From positions 1 to 40,198 of the forward strand of contig JBBQSO010000046.1 in assembly GCA_038213805.1 (NCBI GenBank): a stretch of DNA of 40,198 bases, read 5' to 3'. Source of the DNA: Planctomycetota bacterium (GTDB lineage Bacteria; Planctomycetota; UBA11346). The stretch's first letter is position 1. Every line of letters starts with the position of its first letter. Positions 18,860 through 27,509 of the stretch are shown here, one piece after another. The notes under the pieces were generated by a model. It was given only the letters and a program-made list of their open reading frames with translations, had not been told where the DNA came from and ran no database searches. The translations under genes and the position numbers were made by a program.

Positions 18860-19906
18860 ATGTCCCTCCGTACGCCCGCTGTGCTCGTTGCGCTCATCCT
18901 GCTTACCGCCTGTGGCGAGCGACTGGCGCCGGTCGCGCGGCCGTTCGCGTGGCCGCTGGAGCAGGCACCCCTGGCGACGCGCGGCGGCACCACCACGGCC
19001 GCGGCCCTGACCATGGCGCCGAGCCCGTCGGCGGCCTGGAGCGCGCTGCAGACGGCGGCGCCTGGCCTGGAGCGCGACCGTGCGGCGATCCGCACCATGG
19101 CCGGCGAGTTCCGCACCTGCTTCGACTTCCAGGAGACCATCGGCCACCATCCCGACTACCTGCTCTCCGCCCCCTACCACAGCTTCGCCACCGAGCGCGT
19201 CTTCATCATCGAAGACGCTCCGGAACGCATCGTCCTCCAGCACCAGTTGGTGATGCGCTTCGCCGGCAGCCCCGAGGTCGCCGTGATCAAGCACTGGCGG
19301 CAGGCGTGGACCTGGCAGGACGGCGACCTGCTGCGCTACCGTGGCTTCGCGACATGGGAGCACGAACGCCTGCCCGCCGCGCAGGTCGCAGGCTGCTGGA
19401 CACAGACCGTCTCGGGCGTCGGCGACGAGCCGCGCTACGCCACCGTCGGGCGCTGGAGGCACCAGGGCACGCTCAGCGAGTGGGAGTCCGACCGCACCTG
19501 GCGGCCGCTGCCGCGTCGCGAAGTGAGCGTGCGCAAGGACTACCAGGCGCTTGATGGCAGCCACCGCATCACCATCACCCCAGATGGCTGGGTGCTGTGG
19601 CAGGACAACCGCAAGCTGACACTGAGCGCCGCCGGCACGCCCGGTCCGCAAGGCTGGCTGGCCAGCGAGATCGGCTTAGAGCGCTACCAGCGCATCAGCG
19701 GCTTCGACTGGCAGCCGGGTGAGGACGCCTGGAAGACCGAGGCGCCGTTGTGGGAGAAGGTGCGCGCCGCGTGGACCGCCACCCTGGCCGCGCCGCGCGT
19801 GCACCTGCGCGCCGAGACCCCGGTGGGCGTCGACTTGCTGGAGGAGGTCGCCGCGGGCGATGCCGTGAAATCCGTCGCAGTGGTCACCGACGCGGTGGTG
19901 CCCTAG
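18860..19906 (+). CDS. DUF6607-family lipoprotein, 348 aa
   Basis: Lipobox LLTAC; DRAAIRTMAGEF, IVLQHQLV, VIKHWRQAW, WRPLPRRE, WQDNRK, EIGLERY motifs. Confidence 0.75.
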   Translation: MSLRTPAVLVALILLTACGERLAPVARPFAWPLEQAPLATRGGTTTAAALTMAPSPSAAWSALQTAAPGLERDRAAIRTMAGEFRTCFDFQETIGHHPDYLLSAPYHSFATERVFIIEDAPERIVLQHQLVMRFAGSPEVAVIKHWRQAWTWQDGDLLRYRGFATWEHERLPAAQVAGCWTQTVSGVGDEPRYATVGRWRHQGTLSEWESDRTWRPLPRREVSVRKDYQALDGSHRITITPDGWVLWQDNRKLTLSAAGTPGPQGWLASEIGLERYQRISGFDWQPGEDAWKTEAPLWEKVRAAWTATLAAPRVHLRAETPVGVDLLEEVAAGDAVKSVAVVTDAVVP

Positions 19907-20125
19907 GTTCTGCCGGACCGCGTGCGCTCGCGGACCGCCCCAGTGTACCAGCATGCGAGCGGGCACCGGCTGCGGTGATTATCTCTCCGAGTGCCCAGGC
20001 ATCCGCAGGGCCGGAAGCTGTATCCGCTCAAATGCCAAGATGATCCGTCAAGCACTAAAAACTGCCGTTCCGCGGATCATTGACGCGGGACCGGGCGTCC
20101 CCCACCCTCTCCCAGGGGAACTGCC

Positions 20126-21913
20126 ATGGAAACGACGCCCGCAGCTCTGCCGCAGACCACCGCGACGCGCCACGCCGAGGCGCTTAAGTGGATCGCGGAG
20201 ACCGTCGCGCTGTGCACCCCCGCCCAGGTCCACTGGTGCGACGGCTCCGAGGCCGAGAAGAGCCGCTTGACCGCCCAGGCGGTGGCCGACGGCGTGCTGC
20301 TGCCCCTCGACCAGGAGCGCATGCCCGGCTGCTACTACCACCGCTCCAACCCCAACGACGTGGCGCGCGTTGAAGACCGCACCTTCATCTGCACGCCGAC
20401 CAAAGCCGAAGCCGGCCCGACCAACCACTGGATGGAGCCGGCGACGATGTACGCCAAACTGCGCGCGCTGGCCGCGGGCGGCATGCGCGGGCGCACCCTC
20501 TACGTGATCCCGTACCTGATGGGCCCGCCCGGCAGCTCGCTGACCAAGGTCGGCATCGAACTGACCGACTCGCCCTACGTGGTGCTGAGCATGCGCGTGA
20601 TGACGCGCATGGGGCGCGTCGCCTGGGCCGAGCTCGGCGACACCGGCGCCTTCACCCGCGGCCTGCACTGCACCCTGGCCATCGATCCGGCGGAGCGCTG
20701 GATCGCGCACTTCCCGCAGGACAACACCATCATCTCGACCAACTCCAATTACGGCGGCAATGTGCTGCTCGGCAAGAAGTGCCTGGCCCTGCGCCTGGGT
20801 TCGTGGCTGGGCAACCGCGAGGGCTGGCTGGCCGAACACATGCTGATCATGGGCGTGGAGGCGCCGAGCGGCGAGAAGACCTTCGTCGCCGCCGCCTTCC
20901 CGAGCGCCTGCGGCAAGACCAACTTCGCCATGATGATCCCGCCCGAGCAGTACAAAGGTTGGAAAATCTGGACGGTCGGCGACGACATCGCATGGATGAA
21001 GCCGGGCGCGGATGGCCGGCTCTACGCCATCAACCCCGAGAACGGCTACTTCGGCGTCGCGCCCGGCACCAATGTCACCACCAACCCGACCGCGATGGAA
21101 ACGATCGCCAAGGACACCATCTTCACCAACGTCGCGCTGACCCCCGATCGCGACGTGTGGTGGGAAGGCAAAGGCGCGCCGCCCGCGGCGCTGACGGATT
21201 GGCAGGGTCAGCCGTGGACGCCGGGCAGCACCACCAAGGCCGCCCACCCCAACAGCCGTTTCTGCGCGCCGATGTCCAACAATCCCGGACTGGCCAGCGA
21301 GGCCAACGACCCCCAGGGCGTGCCGATCAGCGCGATCATCTTCGGCGGCCGCCGCGCCACCACCTTCCCCGTGGTGATGCAGGCCTTCAACTGGGCGCAC
21401 GGCGTCTACCTGGGTGCGATGATGGGCAGCGAGATGACCGCCGCCGCCGCTGGCACCGTCGGCCAGGTGCGCCGCGACCCGATGGCGATGCTGCCGTTCT
21501 GCGGCTACCACATGGGCGACTACTTCGGCCACTGGCTGGACGTCGGCAAGAAGCTCGCGCACCCGCCGCGCATCTTCCACGTCAACTGGTTCCGCAAGGA
21601 CGAGGCCGGCAAATTCATGTGGCCGGGCTTCGGCGACAACATGCGCGTGCTCAAGTGGATCGTCGACCGTTGCCACGGCCGCGCCATCGGCGAGGAGACC
21701 GCGCTCGGCTGGCTGCCCGGCCCGCAGGAGATCGATCTCGCCGGCCTGAAGGACTACCCGCATGAGCGCCTCGACCAGGCGCAGCGCATCGACCACCAGG
21801 AGTGGGAGCGCGAGCTGGCCATCCAGGAGGAGCTCTTCACCCTGCTCGGCGCGCGCATGCCCAAGGAGCTGGGCTACGAGCGCGAACTGCTGCGCTCGCG
21901 GCTCGGGTTGTAG
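20126..21913 (+). CDS. pckG: Phosphoenolpyruvate carboxykinase (GTP)
   Basis: DVARVEDRTFIC, YGGNVLLGKKC, WLAEHM, AFPSACGKTN, VGDDIAW, INPENGYFGVAPGT, AHPNSRF, RDPMAMLPFCGY, WPGFGDNMRVL. Confidence 0.97.
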   Translation: METTPAALPQTTATRHAEALKWIAETVALCTPAQVHWCDGSEAEKSRLTAQAVADGVLLPLDQERMPGCYYHRSNPNDVARVEDRTFICTPTKAEAGPTNHWMEPATMYAKLRALAAGGMRGRTLYVIPYLMGPPGSSLTKVGIELTDSPYVVLSMRVMTRMGRVAWAELGDTGAFTRGLHCTLAIDPAERWIAHFPQDNTIISTNSNYGGNVLLGKKCLALRLGSWLGNREGWLAEHMLIMGVEAPSGEKTFVAAAFPSACGKTNFAMMIPPEQYKGWKIWTVGDDIAWMKPGADGRLYAINPENGYFGVAPGTNVTTNPTAMETIAKDTIFTNVALTPDRDVWWEGKGAPPAALTDWQGQPWTPGSTTKAAHPNSRFCAPMSNNPGLASEANDPQGVPISAIIFGGRRATTFPVVMQAFNWAHGVYLGAMMGSEMTAAAAGTVGQVRRDPMAMLPFCGYHMGDYFGHWLDVGKKLAHPPRIFHVNWFRKDEAGKFMWPGFGDNMRVLKWIVDRCHGRAIGEETALGWLPGPQEIDLAGLKDYPHERLDQAQRIDHQEWERELAIQEELFTLLGARMPKELGYERELLRSRLGL

Positions 21914-22806
21914 GGCACGCCGCTCGCAACCGGCTCCAGGCCGGTTGGCGTGCGCTGGTAGAAGGCGCGCGCATTGCGCCCGAGGATCCCGGCGCGCGCT
22001 GCGGGCGGCAAGCCGGAGATCGCCCCGTTGACGAACGCGTACCAGCGCGCCCAGGCGGCAGCTTCCAATACCACCGGCCAGTCGCTGCCGAACATCAGCC
22101 GCTCGGGTGCGAAGCAGGCCAGGGCGTGGTCGAGGTACGGTGCGATCTGCTCCGGCCGCCAAGCGCGGTGGTCGGCCTCGGTGACCAGGCCGCTGAGCTT
22201 GCACCAGGTGTTGGGCAGCTGCGCGAAGGCGCGCAGATTCGCGCGCCACGGGTCGAGCAGGCCGGCGCGGATGTCGGGCTTGCCGAGGTGGTCGAGCACG
22301 AAGCGCACCTGCGGAGCGCGTTCGGCCATCGTCACCGCGTCGGCGAGCTGCCAGTGGCGGATGCAGATGTCGAAGCTGAATCCGTGACCGGCGAGCTGCT
22401 CAATACCACGCTGAAAATCAGGGCGCAGGCAGAAGCCAGGCTCGCGCTCATCCTGGAGCAGGCGCCGCACGCCGCGCACCAGGGGCAGACGCGCGAGCGC
22501 CTCGAGGTGCGCCGCCACAGCGTCACCGCGCTCGAGCGGCGCTGCGGCGACGATGGCGAACAGGCGCGGCTCGCTGGCAGCCAGCCCGACGACCCAGCGC
22601 GCCTCGGCCAGCTCCTGCCCGGCCGCGCAATCCGCTTGGACGAAGACCATCCCATCGAGCGCCACCCCCTGCGACGCCGCACGGTGATCCGCCGGCAGGA
22701 ATGGCCGGTCGAGCTGCGGATGTTCTGCCAGCCACGCATGATGGTGCAGGCGCGGATCCCAGAGATGGAGATGGGCGTCGACGACGCCGGTGCCTGGATC
22801 GGCCAT
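21874..22806 (-). CDS. Amidohydrolase family 2 protein (L-fucono-1,5-lactonase-like)
   Basis: VDAHLHLWD, VFVQA, RGVRRLLQ, FVLDHLGKP, KLSGL, RLMFGSDWPV, NARAFY. Confidence 0.9.
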   Translation of the reverse strand: MADPGTGVVDAHLHLWDPRLHHHAWLAEHPQLDRPFLPADHRAASQGVALDGMVFVQADCAAGQELAEARWVVGLAASEPRLFAIVAAAPLERGDAVAAHLEALARLPLVRGVRRLLQDEREPGFCLRPDFQRGIEQLAGHGFSFDICIRHWQLADAVTMAERAPQVRFVLDHLGKPDIRAGLLDPWRANLRAFAQLPNTWCKLSGLVTEADHRAWRPEQIAPYLDHALACFAPERLMFGSDWPVVLEAAAWARWYAFVNGAISGLPPAARAGILGRNARAFYQRTPTGLEPVASGVPYNPSRERSSSRS

Positions 22807-22916
22807 ATCCCGATCATCTGTCGTCGACCGCGACCGCAAGTGTTAATACTCACAGTCTCCCTGCTCGTACCAACGGTGGCCATCGGATTGCCCAGCACGC
22901 AATCGCATCACGAGGC

Positions 22917-22956
22917 TCCCGGACCTCCGGATTCCCGGACTTCCGGACCTCCGGAC
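22917..22956. repeat. Solo octamer array (YYCCGGAY x5), same unit as the 1501-1649 element
   Basis: TCCCGGAC,CTCCGGAT,TCCCGGAC,TTCCGGAC,CTCCGGAC, immediately after the minus-strand stop at 22961. Confidence 0.9.
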
Positions 22957-22960
22957 TCTT

Positions 22961-23722
22961 CTACTTCAGCGTATTCCCGCCGTCGTCCTTCTCCGCCGGC
23001 GCGTCGCGCAGGCTGTTGGCGTCGTCCCCGGTTACTGCTGCGGCCGGCGGCGCGGCCGGAGGCGTCGCGACCTGGGCGTGGGCCTCGGGCAGCAGCGCCT
23101 CGGCGGCCTTGATCAGGAAGTGGTTGGGATGGGCCTGAGAGAACGCGGCGAGGGTCTTGATCGCGTCATCGCGCCGGCTGAGGCGCACCTGGCCGAGGAC
23201 CTGGTAGTACCACTGGCGCGGCGCCTTGGTGGCGAGCGGGACGAGCAGGTCGACGAGCTGGTGCCAGTCGCGGTCCGCGGCGAACTGGGCGAGACGGCCG
23301 TCCTCGCTGCTGACCGCCTCCCCGGGCGTGGTCGGCAGGCGCGGGCCGATGACCTGCAGGATGCCGCTGACCGCGCTCGCTACCGGATCGCCGCCGTTGC
23401 CGGCGATCGACACGTGGCTGTCAAGCTGACCCAGCGACCACACCCGGCTCTCGAGCACGCCGTCGCCGCCGGAGACGCGCTTCTCGATGCGGATCAGCAC
23501 CAGGTCGTGATCGTCGGCGGTGAGGTGGCGGGGGATGGCGGGCGACACCACCAGGTCGCTTTCGGCGACGCCGCGCTTGGTCAGCTCGCTGAGGGCGTCG
23601 GGCCCGATCACCACGTGGACCTGGCTGCCGCCCAGGTGCGCGAGCTCCTCTCCGACGGCCTTGGCGGCGTCGGCACCGTTCGGATCGCTGCAGAGCACCA
23701 GGATGAGCAGGAGGTGGGGCAT
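22961..23722 (-). CDS. Hypothetical, probably exported protein with C-terminal TPR-like helices, 253 aa
   Basis: Short hydrophobic N-terminus MPHLLLILVLC; WYYQVLGQVRLSRRDDAIKTL...HPNH TPR-like; TATAAC -10-like hexamer upstream. Confidence 0.65.
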   Translation of the reverse strand: MPHLLLILVLCSDPNGADAAKAVGEELAHLGGSQVHVVIGPDALSELTKRGVAESDLVVSPAIPRHLTADDHDLVLIRIEKRVSGGDGVLESRVWSLGQLDSHVSIAGNGGDPVASAVSGILQVIGPRLPTTPGEAVSSEDGRLAQFAADRDWHQLVDLLVPLATKAPRQWYYQVLGQVRLSRRDDAIKTLAAFSQAHPNHFLIKAAEALLPEAHAQVATPPAAPPAAAVTGDDANSLRDAPAEKDDGGNTLK

Positions 23723-23857
23723 GGCGGTCTTCCGTGCGGGGGCTTCGGCAAAGGTTATACACCGTTTTCCAGGCGCACGCTCGCGCCGACCCAAGCTGCT
23801 CCACGACCGACGCAAAGCCCTTGGCCGTCCGGACCCACGGCGGACACTCCGCCCACC

Positions 23858-24655
23858 ATGGGCCGCACCGTCCGCATCGCCTGGGTGCTGATCATGACGG
23901 TGATCAAGCGCCGCCTCGCCTACCGCGGCGACCTGCTGCTGGCCGGTCTCGATGAGCTGATGCGCGGGCTGGTGGCCCTGGCCATGCTCCAGGTCTATCT
24001 GAGCAAGACCACGGAGGTCGCTGGCTGGACGCGCGCCGAGCTGTTCTTCGTGCTCGGCTTCAGCCTGGTGCCGATCTCGCTGTTCCACTGCTTCTGCAGC
24101 AACCTCTATACGCTGTCGAGCGCCTACATCATCCAGGGCAACCTCGACCGCGTGCTGCTGCGGCCGTACCCGTCTTTCCTGCAGATCTGCTTCGACCGCA
24201 TCGCCGTCGAGGACCTCTCGGGCGTGGTCCTGGGCCTGGCCACCATGGCGGTGGCGGTGGCCAACCTGCCCCAGTTCGATACCAGCCCCGGGCATCTCGC
24301 CCTGCTCGCCCTGCTGCTGGTCTCATCCTTCGGGGTGGTGGTCGCGGTCTTCATGGCCTTCGCCGCCACCGGCTTCTGGTTCGAGGACCGCGTCGGCATG
24401 GTGCCGCCGGTCTACAACCTGATGGAGTTCGGACGCTGGCCGACCCGCATCTACCACCCCGCCCTGCGCGTCCTGATCACCTGCGTGGTGCCCTTCAGCT
24501 TCGTCGCATTTTTCCCCGCAAGCTGGCTCGTTCGAGGCGGTTACGATGGACAAACCATGGCATATCTGACCCCGGTAGTGGCGCTGGCGGCGCTGCTCGT
24601 TGCCGGCCTGCTGTGGCGGACAGGTATCAGACGCTACAACTCGGCGGGCAGCTGA
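23858..24655 (+). CDS. ABC-2 family transporter permease (DUF990 type), 265 aa
   Basis: LAYRGD, VAGWT, IIQGNLDRVLLRP, ATGFW, FGRWPTRIY, VPFSFVAFFPA, GIRRYNSAGS. Confidence 0.9.
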   Translation: MGRTVRIAWVLIMTVIKRRLAYRGDLLLAGLDELMRGLVALAMLQVYLSKTTEVAGWTRAELFFVLGFSLVPISLFHCFCSNLYTLSSAYIIQGNLDRVLLRPYPSFLQICFDRIAVEDLSGVVLGLATMAVAVANLPQFDTSPGHLALLALLLVSSFGVVVAVFMAFAATGFWFEDRVGMVPPVYNLMEFGRWPTRIYHPALRVLITCVVPFSFVAFFPASWLVRGGYDGQTMAYLTPVVALAALLVAGLLWRTGIRRYNSAGS

Positions 24656-24802
24656 ATTCCTGGCCCATGGAGCGGCCCGCGCCACGATAAGCGGCTGGCT
24701 GGCTCGGCCTGGAGGGTGTCCGGGGCACCCGGCTTTCCCTGACTGGTCGTGCCCCGGCATGCCATTACAGCTACCGAAACTTTGCCTCCAGAGGATCTTC
24801 CG

Positions 24803-26359
24803 ATGCCGACTCTCGATAAGTCCACCCGCAGCACCGGCAACCGCCCGGCCCGTCGTCCGAGCAGTGGGGGCGGCGGAGGCGGCTTCTGGCTGGTGGTCGC
24901 CCTGGCGGTCGGCGCGGTCGCCGCCGTCTATGTGCTGGCCCCCGACCTGCCGCGCCGCCTGCTGGGCCTGGCCACCGCGCCACGCGATGCCGGCCCCGCG
25001 CCGACCGCGCCCGAGGGCTCGCAGACCGTGACCCAGCAAAAGGACCCGCTGCCGCCGCGCATCACCCAGGCTCCCGCAACCGGCGTGCGCACCGCGCCGG
25101 TCGAGACCGCGCCGGTCAAGCCCGTGGCGCAGCCGATCAAGGCCACCGCCAAGGATGAAGCCAAGGCCACCGCCATTCTCGCCGACGCCGAGAAGAGTTA
25201 CAAAGCCTTCCAGTGGCAGCACGCCATCGACAGCGCCCGCAAGATCTCTGATCTGGACGTCACCGCCGAAACCGCGGTGCGCGCCAAGGACATCGAACAC
25301 GGTGCCGACGCCCTCGAGAAGATCTTCACCCAGCTGAATGACCGCGACGAACTCAGCCGCCACTTCGACACCGACCCCAAACTGGTGGTGCTGAAGGGTG
25401 ACGGCACGCCCAGCTACGCGGTACCGATCATCAGCATGGACTCGCAGACCCCGGTCGAGGGCGATGCGCTCGACTACATCGCTGCGCAGCGCAAGACCGG
25501 CAAGGTCACCCTGCTGATCAAGGGCAAGAAGGACTACATGGCCACGGTCATGCCCGCCGACAGCCTCGGCGAGGTGGTCGCCGCCGACCTGCCGACAATC
25601 GTTGCGCAGAAGCAGTCCGAGCTCGACGCGCGCATCACCCGCCTCAAGGCCAACCCCGACTCGCCGGCGATGGACTGGTACTACGCCGGGCGCTTCGCCT
25701 ACCGCAACCGCCTCGACGCCAAGGTCACCGAGCTGATGGACCAGGCGCTGCTGCGCGATCCCTTCCTCGCCAAGTCGGTGCGCGAGGACAAGGCCGCCAC
25801 GCTCTACTCGAACATGATCTCGCACATCCGCAACGGCAGCGACAAGCAGGCCGCGCAGTTCATGAGCATCATCGACCGCAAGTTCGCCGACACCGACAAG
25901 GGCAAGGAGGCGCGCCTCTTCTACGACAAGAAGACCGGCGAACTGCTCAAAGCCGCGCAGGAGGCCGACGTGCGCCGCGTGGCGCAGCTTGAGGTCGCGC
26001 GCCAGCAGCGCATCGAGCGCGCCAAGAAGCTCAATGACACCGCCGCGGTCGCCAAGCTCGAGAAGCAGCCCGCCGGCGATCCCATCGACGAAGCTCCCGC
26101 CGCACCGACCGGCAGCATCGACACCGGTGGCGCCGAGGACCTCTACAAGAAGGGCTACAAGCTCTACGCCCAGGCCCAGACCCTGGGCGCCACGCCGGAG
26201 CGCAACACCCTGTACCACCAGGCCGAGCAGACCTTCTCGCAGGCCATGGGCATCTATCGCGCGCTGCTCGAGAAGAATCCCAACGACGAGGCGCTGCAGG
26301 CGAAGGCGCGCGAGTGCAACCAGCTGAAGTTCGGCGCGCACAAGTATCAGACGGAGTGA
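24803..26359 (+). CDS. Hypothetical membrane-anchored protein, Lys/Ala-rich helical with TPR-like C-terminus, 518 aa
   Basis: GAGGA RBS; single TM FWLVVALAVGAVAAVYVLA; Pro/Thr linker; strongly GC3-biased codons; no family recognised. Confidence 0.75.
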   Translation: MPTLDKSTRSTGNRPARRPSSGGGGGGFWLVVALAVGAVAAVYVLAPDLPRRLLGLATAPRDAGPAPTAPEGSQTVTQQKDPLPPRITQAPATGVRTAPVETAPVKPVAQPIKATAKDEAKATAILADAEKSYKAFQWQHAIDSARKISDLDVTAETAVRAKDIEHGADALEKIFTQLNDRDELSRHFDTDPKLVVLKGDGTPSYAVPIISMDSQTPVEGDALDYIAAQRKTGKVTLLIKGKKDYMATVMPADSLGEVVAADLPTIVAQKQSELDARITRLKANPDSPAMDWYYAGRFAYRNRLDAKVTELMDQALLRDPFLAKSVREDKAATLYSNMISHIRNGSDKQAAQFMSIIDRKFADTDKGKEARLFYDKKTGELLKAAQEADVRRVAQLEVARQQRIERAKKLNDTAAVAKLEKQPAGDPIDEAPAAPTGSIDTGGAEDLYKKGYKLYAQAQTLGATPERNTLYHQAEQTFSQAMGIYRALLEKNPNDEALQAKARECNQLKFGAHKYQTE

Positions 26360-26376
26360 CGGCGCGCCTTTGGTAC

Positions 26377-26532
26377 GAGACCCTAGACCCTAGACCCTAG
26401 GGACAGCCGTCTGAATTCATGAGCATTTGCTGGGCCTGGTGGTGATTCCACTCCGGTAGGTACGGCATTCGGGCGCTCGCTCTGGGCTGCCGCACTTCGG
26501 TCTAGGGTCTAGGGTCTAGGGTCTAGCGTCTC
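26377..26532. repeat. Inverted-arm element with AGACCCT heptamer arms
   Basis: Left arm AGACCCT x3 + AG (26378-26400); 98-bp spacer; right arm GGTCT, AGGGTCT x3, AGCGTCT (26499-26531); lies between convergent stops. Confidence 0.9.
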
Positions 26533-26564
26533 AGATCGGTCTCGGGTCCCGCGCGCGCAACGCG

Positions 26565-27431
26565 CTACGCGATATTCGCGGCCTGCTCCTTCACCTGCTC
26601 GACCAGGGCCTTCGCTTCCAGCACCAGCGCGGTGAGCGCGCGGTCGTTGCTCTTGGCGCCGGTGGTGTTGATCTCGCGGCCGATCTCCTGCAGCAGGAAT
26701 TCGAGTTTGCGCCCAAGCTGGTCGTCGGCGCCGGCGAGCAGCGCGTCGAGCGCGTCGAGGTGGGCGGCGAGGCGCACCAGTTCCTCGGTGACGTCGATGC
26801 GCTCGGCGTGCATGGCGAGTTCGCGCAGCAGCGCCTCTTCGCTGACCACCGCCAGGCCGGCGAGGATCTCGCGCAGACGCGCGGCCAGGGTCTCGCGGTA
26901 GGCGGACGAGCGCGCGGCCGCGGCGGCGAGCAGCTTCGGTAGCAGCGCGCGCAGGTTTGCCGCCTGCGCGCCGCAGGCGGCGGTCAGCGCCGCGCCTTCA
27001 CGGCGGCGTGCTTCCAGCACCTCGGCCAGGGCCACGGCGAGCGCGCGGCGGAGCAGGTCCTCAAGTCCGTCGCCGGCGAGGCCGACGGCCGGCGCGCGCG
27101 CGGCGACCAGCGCAGCGACGTGCTCCAGCGCCGGTTGTGGCGCACCGAGCTCGGCCGCCAGTGCGGCGAGCTCGCGCCACGCCGTCGTCAGAGCGCCGCG
27201 CTCGCCCAGCGCCGCGCTGTGCGCGGGGTGGAAGTGCACCTGCACGGTGATGCTGCCGCGCTGGAGGGCGCTGCGCACCTCGGCGCGCACCAGCTCATCG
27301 AGCGCGAGGTCGCGGAGGTCGCCGCGCACCTGCACCTGGCAGCCGCGGTGGTTCACCGCCGCGATCTGTACCGCCATCCGCCCACGCGCATCGCTGGCCG
27401 CGCCGGCGCCGAATCCGGTCATCGAGAGCAT
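26565..27431 (-). CDS. yicC: YicC/YloC family endoribonuclease
   Basis: MLSMTGFG, AVNHR, RRREG, ERIDVTEELVRL, GRKLEFLLQEIGREINTTGAKS, EQVKEQAANI. Confidence 0.95.
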   Translation of the reverse strand: MLSMTGFGAGAASDARGRMAVQIAAVNHRGCQVQVRGDLRDLALDELVRAEVRSALQRGSITVQVHFHPAHSAALGERGALTTAWRELAALAAELGAPQPALEHVAALVAARAPAVGLAGDGLEDLLRRALAVALAEVLEARRREGAALTAACGAQAANLRALLPKLLAAAAARSSAYRETLAARLREILAGLAVVSEEALLRELAMHAERIDVTEELVRLAAHLDALDALLAGADDQLGRKLEFLLQEIGREINTTGAKSNDRALTALVLEAKALVEQVKEQAANIA

Positions 27432-27509
27432 CCGTATCCTCCGGCCGCGATGCTGCGCCCACGCGGCAGGTGGACAATCGGGAACATGCTTGTGGCCACC
27501 CGTTCGGGC

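Noticed and set aside
1501..26532. Repeats as a CRISPR array
   Set aside because: Units are 7-8 nt tandem repeats, not 23-47 nt direct repeats with regular spacers; no cas genes.
26360..26600. Genomic island integrated at the yicC 3' end
   Set aside because: yicC is a known integration site in other taxa, but no integrase, duplicated 3' end or compositional shift is visible here.
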